Below are positions 1-7,847 of a stretch of DNA of 13,498 bases, in pieces. The stretch comes from Octopus sinensis (lineage: Eukaryota), in the NCBI RefSeq assembly GCF_006345805.1, contig NW_021826051.1, forward strand, positions 1 to 13,498, in the 5' to 3' direction. Under the pieces are notes generated by a model. The model had not been told where the DNA came from and searched no databases. It worked only from the letters and a program-made list of their open reading frames with translations. The stretch's first letter is position 1. Each line of letters begins with the position of its first letter. The position numbers and the translations under genes are program-made.

Positions 1-152
1 CAGACCGCTTAGTTTGTACGTCAGCTTAGTCTTACAATATTCAAATTCTGTCGGATAAAAAAGAGAGGAAAAAACCCAACAAAACCGACCATGGCACAAA
101 TAAGCGTATAAAGTATGTAATTACGCTGAGGGGAAGGATAACTGGAGAAGCT

Positions 153-327
153 AAATGTTTCAGAGAATGCACATCATTATGCCAGTATGTTTGGAATCAA
201 AAAGAAAAAATAACATAAAATTACATGATTCAAGTCGAAGCTATTGATAGCTGGAGAAAGGCAAGATATTGTGTCTAAGTGCAGGCATGAAAACAAGTTA
301 TTAATGGTACAAAAGCAGACTACATAG
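153..327 (+). mobile_element. Degenerate Penelope-like element, C-terminal GIY-YIG endonuclease region (frameshifted remnant)
   Basis: Manual translation: 153-215 gives KCFRECTSLCQYVWNQKEKIT then TAA; a different frame at 241-327 gives LLIAGERQDIVSKCRHENKLLMVQKQTT*. These resemble PLE C-terminal motifs as I recall them (S-T-x-L-S-K-Y-V-W-x-L-K-E and L-N-x-R-x-E-x-x-S-K-C-R-H-x-N-K). Family call is from motif recognition only. Confidence 0.6.
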
Positions 328-562
328 AAACCCAAGTGTAATATGAACTGAAAGCTGCCGAATCAACGTTAGAATAAATACATTTACTTATACTGTAAGA
401 GTCCGTTAAACTTATTCATTCAATAGGTGTAGAATGACAATATAGGATATAAGCGACCTTTGCATCCGTTGCGAAACCAAAGGTTTTGCGTGTAATCGTC
501 TTGCGAACATGCAAAGAACGGGAAATTCAGAACAGCAACGGGAGTTAAGCGTTAGCTTTAAA

Positions 563-564
<2 letters not shown>

Positions 565-600
<36 letters not shown>

Positions 601-728
601 AGTGTACGTATACATACATATATACACACACGCACATATATATGCACACACATAGGTAAATGCTCACATACATACATACATACATACATACATACATACA
701 CACATACATACATACATAAACACATATA
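565..728. repeat. (TG)n followed by (CATA)n/(CA)n compound microsatellite
   Basis: Pure TG run 565-598; CATA run ~668-718. Confidence 0.95.
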
Positions 729-963
729 TCATGAACTAACTGTTACTCTCTCAGATGCAGTACCAAGTTTTGTCAGTGAACAGGTCGCGGTTTCAAAACG
801 ACGAAATTATTTTGACACAAAGAAGAATTAAATGTTGAAGTGAAAATAACGGTTTTTGTGTGTTCTTGGATGGCTTACAAACATCTTCCACGCTAGAATT
901 GCTTTTATTTCAGCACACGATCTCAGATCAGGTCACTTGCTATGCAAGTACATCTCCGTAAAC

Positions 964-1003
964 ATATGTATGTATGATATATATTATATATATATATATA
1001 ATA

Positions 1004-1043
<40 letters not shown>

Positions 1044-1162
1044 ATATAGATAGATAGACAAGTAGATCGCCATGATTGTATGTATGTATGTATGTATGTG
1101 TACGCATATGTACGTGGTATAAGTGTATATGTGCATGCGGTGTATGTGTGTGCGAATGTGTG
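964..1162. repeat. (TA)n/(TAGA)n/(TATG)n compound microsatellite
   Basis: Directly visible alternating runs. Confidence 0.95.
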
Positions 1163-1208
1163 GTCTCACCTGAAGATCGCAACAACATGAAGCTCAAGTC
1201 ACCAACCA
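1161..1208 (+). ncRNA. Degenerate minimal hammerhead-like motif (PLE-type)
   Basis: CTGAAGA (1170-1176), 12 nt spacer, GAAG (consensus GAAA), CTCAAG, then GTC (1198-1200). GCTCAAGT is two changes from the palindrome ACTCGAGT. Stem I pairs poorly (only TGGT/ACCA). Lies downstream of the PLE endonuclease remnant on the same strand. Confidence 0.35.
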
Positions 1209-1639
1209 GATAAACATTAAGTTTTAATAAATCCTTTCACTCTTTCTCTCTCTAAAATCTATCTATGTATATTCATGTGTGTGATTGTGTGTGCGTTTGT
1301 GTTATTCGTCGTAAATATTATTTTTTCAAACAAGCTTTCTTACTATAAGTACTTCCCTCTTTGTATCTTTTTTCTCTTTCTTATTCGCTTCGCCCTTTCC
1401 CTCTCTCTCTCTCTCTCTCTTTCTTTCACTTTCTCTCTTTCCCTCCTCTGTCCTTTCTCTCTATCCCTGCATAAAATACACATCTCTATTCACTCCCTAT
1501 ATTTTATCTATATCAGAACAACCTAGTCGTGTTATAAACACGGGTTATGTATTAACTTTACGGTTTCAAACGAAAACAAGACAAACGACCTCACTTCCGG
1601 TTGAATAAAATTACTGCCCTGGCTACTAACTCTCTGGAA

Positions 1640-2255
1640 CATTTTTACTTCTTTCTTTATTTGTCTTGTTTCTTTCATTTGCTGTCTTTCTCTCTCATTC
1701 TCTTTTCTCTCTTTCATTTATTGGGACTTAGCTTCTTATAATGTCTTATCTTTCTTCCTCTACGTTTTCGTTCATCTTTTATTTTTCTTCCGGTCTCATC
1801 TTTAACTTTCTTTCTTGCTGTCTTCTATTTCTTTCGTTTTACTTTCTTTCATTCTTTCTTTCTTTTTCTTTCTTTTCTTCTTTCTTGCGCTCAGTTTTTC
1901 TATTTCTTTCTTTCTTTCTTTCTTTTTCCTTCCTTCCTTCCTTCCTTCCTTCCTTTCTTTCTCTCTCTCCGTTCTGTCTTCTATTTCTTTCTTTCTTTCT
2001 TTCCTTCTGTCTTCTATGTCTTTCTTTCTTCCTTCCTTCCTTTCTTTCTTTCTTTCCGTTCTTCTATTTTTCTTTCCTTCTTTCTTTCTGTCGTCTATGT
2101 ATTCTTTCTTTTTCTTTCTTCTTTCTTTCTTTATTTCTTGCCTTTCTTTCGTTCTTGCCTTTCCTTCTTTCTTCCTTTTTTCTCTTTCTTTTTTCTTTCT
2201 TTCTTTCTTTCTCTCTTTCTTTCTTTCCTTTTCTTTTTCTATCCCTCTGTCTTAG
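1640..2255. repeat. ~600 bp polypyrimidine tract, (TTTC)n/(TTCC)n low complexity
   Basis: Plus strand is overwhelmingly C/T; TTCC and TTTC runs at ~1900-2235. Confidence 0.95.
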
Positions 2256-2299
2256 CATTTGCAGACAATAGTAATATTGGCCAAGGAAGTTTACTCAAC

Positions 2300-2775
2300 G
2301 CTGCCACCACCAACGCCACCACCACCATCATTATTGTTATTGCTATTGTTATTACTCCCCCTCTATCTATGGCTATTGTCTAACAGATCTTGCACTCCGC
2401 CCCCCCCTCCACACGTCATCTCTAATCGTGCTCTGAACTTCTTTTCTTATGCCATGGCCGAACAATGTTGTTGGCTTAAACCCAATGTCTGCATTTATGC
2501 ACCTTTCTTTTTTTGTTTTGTTATATTATGTTGCTGTTGTTGTTGGTGGTGCTGTTGTTTCTGCTTTGCAAGTAAGGCGCACCCAAAAACATCCTTCAAG
2601 AGCACAACAAACAACCGCCCACCCAATCATCATCATCATCATCATCATCATCGTCATTGTCATTGTCATCATCACAACGGGGACTATGGCCACATCCACC
2701 ACCCAAACCACATCGCTAACACAAACATACAAATACACAGCTTCAGAAACACACACACTACACACACATATATAA
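2300..2775. repeat. Patchwork of trinucleotide repeats (CAC, ATT/GTT, TGT, CAT) with short unique islands
   Basis: (CAT)n ~2627-2673, (TGT/TGG)n ~2529-2560, (CAC)n ~2304-2326. Confidence 0.85.
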
Positions 2776-2849
2776 GAAATATTATTTCTAAATCTCTCAA
2801 AGAGAGATATTCAGTAACAGTTCTTTAAAGTAAAGACTATTTGCCAACA

Positions 2850-3018
2850 TAATGTGGCTGTCCTGGGATCGGTCCACAGATGTTTGTACTGGTGGGAGTG
2901 TTGGAGTGCCTGTTCGAAAATATAAGGACACAGATATTGTGTCATGTAGCCAGCTGGAAACGATGTTTCCTAGGGCTAAACAACCGTAACAATCGTCCCT
3001 CTCAGGACAGCCATATTA
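2850..3018. mobile_element. MITE-like element with terminal inverted repeats
   Basis: TAATGTGGCTGTCCTGGGA (2850-2868) versus reverse complement of 3000-3018, TAATATGGCTGTCCTGAGA: 17/19 identical. Outermost TA on both ends is compatible with a TA target duplication (Tc1/mariner-type; inference). Confidence 0.7.
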
Positions 3019-3038
3019 CACACACACAACACACCAAA

Positions 3039-3075
<37 letters not shown>

Positions 3076-3096
3076 GAGAGACAGATAGATAGACAG

Positions 3097-3189
3097 TTAG
3101 TTTCCGTTTACCCGCTCCCCTCACAAGGCTTTAGTTGACACGAGTCTATAACAGAAGACACTTGCCCAAGATACCATGCGAGTGTACTG
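3097..3189 (-). mobile_element. CORE-type SINE fragment (head missing)
   Basis: Minus strand reads GGTATCTTGGGCAAGTGTCTTCTGTTATAGACTCGTGTCAACTAAAGCCTTGTGAG...GGAAAC; CTTGGGCAAGT is the CORE-like motif. Homologous to the copy at 3986-4146. Confidence 0.75.
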
Positions 3190-3345
3190 TCTTGAAGGGT
3201 TTAGACGAACAAATCACCCCTCGTAGGCATTCTTTTTAAAGTCTGTTATTCCATCGGACTAATATGCGAATCGTTAAGTTACAGAGACGTAAAGAAACCA
3301 AAACCGGTTTTCAAACGGTGGGGGACAAACATAAAATCAAAGACG
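3190..3345 (-). mobile_element. SINE 3' segment (probable tail half of the element whose head is at 3986-4146)
   Basis: CTTGAAGGGTTTAGACGAACAAATC...TAAGTTACAGAGACGTAAA...GGGGGACAAACA matches my recollection of the 3' half of an abundant octopus SINE that has an internal (TA)n/(CA)n tract. Not verified against a library. Confidence 0.6.
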
Positions 3346-3364
3346 GCCACACATATGTACATAG

Positions 3365-3394
<30 letters not shown>

Positions 3395-3402
<8 letters not shown>

Positions 3403-3686
3403 AATCAAAATGAGGGTGAAAAATTGGATATTAATTTGATAACATCAATTTTAACACCAGTGGTCTAGCATATTAAAAAAACTGAGATTCAGTAAATAAT
3501 ATTTCATACATAAATATAACAGGGAATTTTGTAACCACTATGTGGAAACCCTTATGCTAGAGGAAGATCCGCTATGATCTCAACCACTAAGAATTGTTCT
3601 CTAGAAAATTTAGCACACCAGAAACGTAAGCGAGCAAGACAAATGAAAAATAACAAAAATATAGATTAATCATAAACAATTATTTC
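3395..3686. mobile_element. Unclassified ~290 bp interspersed repeat embedded in (TA)n
   Basis: Complex AT-rich block bounded on both sides by (TA)n (3366-3394 and 3687-3703). No ORF, TIR or pol III boxes found. Confidence 0.4.
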
Positions 3687-3703
3687 ATATATATATATAC
3701 ATA

Positions 3704-3976
3704 TGGCTCAGTGAGGTTAGTGCGTCGGGCTCACAATCTTGAGGTAGTGAGTTCGATTCCCGGGCCGGATTGTGTGTTGTGTTCTTTGGCAAGACACTAT
3801 TTCACGTGTCTCCAGTTCACCCAGCTGTAGCGAGTGAGTTGCGACGTCACTGGAGCCAAGCTCTATCGACCTTTGCCTTTCCTTTGGATAACATCAGTGG
3901 CGGAGAGTAGGGGAGGCTGATGTTTTTCCATAAACGAACTTGTGCCTCGGAAGGAAACTTCTTAGGTACAATCCCA
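3704..3976 (+). mobile_element. tRNA-derived SINE with CORE-like domain
   Basis: A-box-like TGGCTCAGTGAGG from 3704, B-box GTTCGATTCC (3751-3760), CORE-like TGTTGTGTTCTTTGGCAAGACACT (3775-3798), then CTCCAGTTCACCCAGCTG. Flanked by TA runs. 3' boundary approximate. Confidence 0.85.
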
Positions 3977-3985
3977 TATATATAA

Positions 3986-4146
3986 ATGGCAGGCTTCCAC
4001 AACAGCTTCGGCCAACCAAATTGACCCATAAAGCATGGGAGGACCCAAGGATATAATGGAAGTCACTTGACGAAGATACTGCGCTGTTGGACTGAATCAC
4101 GTGGTTGCGAAACGAATTTCTTAACTGCACAACCATGCTTGCGTCT
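3986..4146 (-). mobile_element. tRNA-derived CORE-type SINE 5' half (degenerate)
   Basis: Minus strand: GACGCAAGCATGGTTGTGCAGTTAAGAAATTCG (A-box-like), GATTCAGTCC (decayed B-box), TATCTTCGTCAAGTGACTTC (CORE-like). Homologous to 3097-3189. Confidence 0.7.
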
Positions 4147-4682
4147 ATACACAGTTAAACCAGCGATTATTGAGTTTGTAGTGTAATATTTAATATATCA
4201 ATACTGTTGATCATAGATTTCAGACAGCATTTAAGCATAGTTAATCTCCACATAGCATTCCTAGTTATCTCATAACCTTCCAGAAGGCAACTTTCGTCGT
4301 GTGAGTGAAAATGTCAAATCTGTGAATTTTACTACAATAAAGCAGACCTACGATTTTTCTTGTCGTATTGGATATTGCCTGATTTTCGTTGAATCTATTT
4401 CTTTACATGAATAAACAACTACCTCAATAAATGCATAAATGAATAAATAGATAAATGAAGGGATTATTGGATCAAAGATTGAAAGGATTATTGCTAACCA
4501 TATATAAATGCTTCATCCAAAAGTAAATTTTGCATCTTTTTGATTATCCGCCTGAAGAATTTCTAATAGACATCTTATATGCTTCTCTTATATGTTTGTC
4601 ATAATTTTGTAAGCCACCTCCTATTAACCAATGAAACATCTGTAATGGTGAATAAAGAAATTTTCCCCAATCTCCTTTTTAG

Positions 4683-4944
4683 ATACATACATACATGTAT
4701 GTATGTATGTATGTATGTATGTATGTATGTATGTATGTATGTATACTTAAAATATATAGGGTAGCGATTTTTGTTAGAAATTTCACTACATATATATATA
4801 TATGTATATATATATATGTATGTATATAGATGCATATATATATGTATACATACATATATATATATGTGTGTGTATTTCAACATATACATACATACGTATG
4901 TATGTATGTATGTATGTATGTATGAATGTATATATATATATATA
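4683..4944. repeat. (TATG)n/(TA)n microsatellite field interrupted by a 45 bp inverted element end
   Basis: TATG run ~4695-4744 and TA/TATG runs 4790-4944; complex insert at 4745-4789. Confidence 0.9.
4745..4789 (-). repeat. Inverted copy of the 5' end of the 4945-5436 element
   Basis: Reverse complement GTAGTGAAATTTCTAACAAAAATCGCTACCCTATATATTTTAAGT versus 4946-4990 GTAGTGAGATTTCTAAAAAAACTCGCCGCCCTATATATTTTACGT: 39/45 identical. Confidence 0.9.
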
Positions 4945-5435
4945 GGTAGTGAGATTTCTAAAAAAACTCGCCGCCCTATATATTTTACGTAGATTTTAGC
5001 ATTTTTAGAAGATTAGTTGGGCATTTTTTCATTTGCTGCCGACTGAAACTGCGCCTGCGCGGTGAACTTGGAAAATTATAATATATAATGATGAGACACC
5101 TGTTATTTGTCTCTACATCATACGTTAATGTGCGGTCATTGATGAGAATTTCACCTAGCAAATTATTTTAATTGCTAAATAAAATTCAAAACCTAGGTAT
5201 GGCCGTAAAAACATAAGAAGGTAAAAGTTTTTAATTTTCATTCCCTTCGAAATTGCCCTTAAATGTGGTTTTGGTCGTTTTGACTGCTTCTTCTAGCGTG
5301 TAAAGTTGCCTGTTAAAAGTAGTTTCTCTTGTGTGTAAATGTACACTATTTTACATTGAGAATATGTTGTCTATTGACTTTTTTATACATGCTCAGCCAC
5401 TGGTAGTGAAATTTCTAAAAGACTCGCTACCCTAT

Positions 5436-5436
<1 letters not shown>
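4945..5436 (+). mobile_element. Non-autonomous hammerhead-containing element with terminal direct repeats (retrozyme/PLE pLTR-like)
   Basis: Direct repeats GGTAGTGAGATTTCTAAAAAAACTCGCCGCCCTATA (4945-4980) and GGTAGTGAAATTTCTAAAAGACTCGCTACCCTATA (5402-5436), period 457 bp; internal hammerhead fold; no meaningful ORF; both ends abut microsatellites. Confidence 0.7.
5131..5207 (+). ncRNA. Type I hammerhead ribozyme (core-mutated copy)
   Basis: Stem I TGCGGTCA (5131-5138)/TGGCCGTA (5200-5207), 8 bp with 2 G-U; core TTGATGA (5139-5145; consensus CTGANGA); stem II GAATTT (5146-5151)/AAATTC (5182-5187), extended by TAGCAA (5156-5161)/TTGCTA (5172-5177); AAAA (5188-5191; consensus GAAA); palindromic stem III ACCTAGGT (5191-5198); cleavage triplet GTA (5197-5199). 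Confidence 0.8.

Positions 5437-5505
<69 letters not shown>
5437..5505. repeat. (CA)n(TA)n microsatellite
   Basis: Directly visible. Confidence 0.95.
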
Positions 5506-5510
5506 TATTT

Positions 5511-5726
5511 TATGTAGAAAAATACAAACTGGGACAAGAACGTAAAACATTTAGAAGACGATACAAAAAACACGGACGGGACATTCGAAGCCTTGAATCT
5601 TCAGTCAAGAACCGAATCATCGTAGCCATTTCGGCTTATTAATCTTGAGATCGCTCCAATCCGGCCAGCCCCAAGGAAAAACTAATCTACGAGCATTAGA
5701 TTTCTTGGAAGAAGGATCGAATGTAC
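5511..5726 (-). mobile_element. Unclassified short interspersed element in (TA)n
   Basis: Complex block bounded by TA runs; minus strand has CGAAA...CTGAAGA followed by a T-rich tail. Orientation inferred by analogy with 5739-6064. Confidence 0.45.
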
Positions 5727-5738
5727 ATATATATATAT

Positions 5739-6064
5739 TGTCCTGTCGTTTACTGTTTTTATTTGTATTTGTATTTTTACTGTCTTGTATTGTTTTTACT
5801 GTCCTGTTTTTGTTACCACTTTTACCCCTCCGCAAAAAATCTCAAATTATTTGCGGGAAGGACTGTTTCATCGAAGTCGTGTCTCGCCTTTACCTTCGAA
5901 ACGCGGAGTAGACAAAACAGAGGCGGCTGAAGAAGGGGAATTTTCCTTGTGTCGTATGTCTTGTACCCTGTTTTTTTCGTTGTTTAAAAAAATGTCCGTT
6001 TCCAAGGTTCTATTTTTATGCTTTCGTTTCTCATTGTGTTCGACGTTTTTTGGTGTCCTGTACC
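5739..6064 (+). mobile_element. Unclassified short interspersed element in (TA)n
   Basis: Bounded by TA runs; begins and ends near TGTCCTGT; central CGAAACGCGG...CTGAAGAAGG; T/G-rich flanks. Confidence 0.45.
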
Positions 6065-6171
6065 TATATATGCATGTATATATACATATAGATGTAGGTA
6101 CGTACATATATGTATGTATACATGCATATTTTTTATTTATTATTTTGTTATACATACATACATACATACAT

Positions 6172-6204
<33 letters not shown>

Positions 6205-6219
6205 TATAATTCTAATGAT

Positions 6220-6773
6220 GGATATCGAAGAAGATGAAGATATAAACAGTCACATGTAACTATTAACTATTGGTTGAAGAAAAGCTTGGGATAGAAAAAG
6301 GTGAAGGCTGCCCATGAGACTCAATCATATATGGCTAGCAACTATGACAGATGCCCTTCTATTGGATTTTGCTAGTCATGTTAGAAGCTTTATTCTCACC
6401 AACAGGAATTGTGTGTTGTTCACGTTACACGGATTTAGAAACTTCGAGAGACAAACAAATTTTTAAAGGCGGAACTCAGAGTATATAAAAATATAATACC
6501 CTTTCAATTTAAAAAAAAAAGGCGAAGCCTGCCCGAGAAACTCCTATTCACGTTTGTAAACATGATCGACGCTCTACTACTGGACCAAAGCTATCATGTT
6601 TATGGAAGATATGGGTTCGAGTCGTATTTTAGAAAAAGTCCAAGGATTTATTTTTTCAAAATCCAATGTTTGTACGCTATCATTCATAGCTTTATGTACG
6701 TCGAGCCTAACTGTTAAAAGGTATTTGTTTATCTCACGAATTGGTATCTCAAAAATTGGTATGGCGTAAATAT
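6220..6773 (-). pseudogene. Possible highly degenerate Penelope-like reverse transcriptase remnant
   Basis: Minus-strand motifs in PLE RT order: IYAIP...IPIREI..KYL (cf. YGLPK...PLRPI...KYL), MFTNV at 6563-6549 (cf. SLFTNV), and LMGS..LFLSQAFLQ starting near 6318 (cf. AMGSPLSPxLAxxFM). Multiple stops and frameshifts; no YxDD visible. Confidence 0.4.
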
Positions 6774-6774
6774 T

Positions 6775-6816
6775 ATGTGTGTGTGTGTGTGTGGTGTGTG
6801 CGTGTATGTATGTATG

Positions 6817-6848
<32 letters not shown>

Positions 6849-7062
6849 TGTATATATATATATATATACATATTCGTTTATATACATATGCACGTATATA
6901 TATGTGTGTGTGTGTGCTCGCGCGCGTGTATATATATCTGTATATATATATATATATATATATGTGGTGTGTGTGTGTGTATGTATGTATATACATACAT
7001 ATATACACACACGCATAACTATATATGTATATGATATACACATATGAGATATATATATATAT
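6775..7062. repeat. (TG)n/(TATG)n/(TA)n compound microsatellite
   Basis: Directly visible; source of the six overlapping spurious ORFs. Confidence 0.95.
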
Positions 7063-7116
7063 TCATTTATTTATATGGTAATTTCAATGGAACCTTTAAG
7101 ATTAGCATAACGTTAT

Positions 7117-7530
7117 TAGTTCAAATTTCAGCGAGATTGAATTATATATTTCATCTTTCCTGGGCGGTCGGGTGTGTTTGTCAAGTACTTAGCAGTCAGT
7201 ATTAAAAAAAAGAAGGAGGAGTTTGTTTTATTTGACTATCTCCTCCTCTGACACTTGTGGCATTATTTTCAATGTTTTCTGGCAATGTTATTAATAAACA
7301 GAGAGCAGTGGATGACTAGTTGAATCGATGGAAGGTCGGATTTAATGTGCCACAGTGTTTCGTTATGTTTGTTTATGGTCTGAGTTCAAATCACACAGAG
7401 GTTAACTTTCGCTTTCATCCTATCGTTGGGTCGATAAAATAAGTACCAATGAAATATTTAAATCGACTCTACTCCTCCCCGCGTCTTCGAAATATGTGAC
7501 ATTGTGCTTCTTCTAGAAATCCTTATTACT
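7117..7530 (+). mobile_element. Two old degenerate Nin-domain SINE copies (~7117-7265 and ~7305-7530)
   Basis: Second copy: CTGAGTTCAAATC...CTTTCGCTTTCATCCTATCGTTGGGTCGATAAAATAAGTACCA, homologous to 9705-9770. First copy is fainter (AGTTCAAATTTCAGCGAG...TTTCATCTTTCC). Confidence 0.7.
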
Positions 7531-7847
7531 TGTATAAAAGAATAAAAAAGGAAAAAAAAAAGGAGTAAATAACACACATACAACTGACCCAACCCTCATC
7601 AATCTGCACCCCCCACACACAGATACTACCCCACCCCCCGCACGCCCAAACCAACTTTGAAATAACTAGGGTAAAGGAAAATGAAAGTGAAAATGAAAGC
7701 TGGAAGTTATTGAGACAATTAAAAGAATTTAATATCTGAACTAACTTTGTTCTGTAGTGCGTGAGTGGTTATTATCTGCAGTCTGGTGAGCTACAGGTCT
7801 CGACGGATCAATTTGCTTCTCGGCTAAACCTGATCTTTATCAATTAG

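Noticed and set aside
1592-1601. Perfect ETS-type motif (ACCGGAAGTG on the minus strand)
   Set aside because: Single short motif with no CpG-rich promoter context or neighbouring gene.
2259-2828. 189 aa ORF with poly-Pro, poly-Leu, poly-Cys and poly-His
   Set aside because: Each run maps to a trinucleotide microsatellite and overlapping frames are also open; no recognisable protein.
3704-3768. Possible tRNA gene (A and B boxes present)
   Set aside because: No acceptor stem or terminator; runs straight into a CORE-like SINE body.
4551-4575. CTGAAGA as another hammerhead core
   Set aside because: No properly placed GAAA or pairing helices follow.
5785-6237. 150 aa ORF with an ordinary-looking N-terminal part
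   Set aside because: Runs through a T-rich interspersed repeat into a microsatellite; no recognisable domain.
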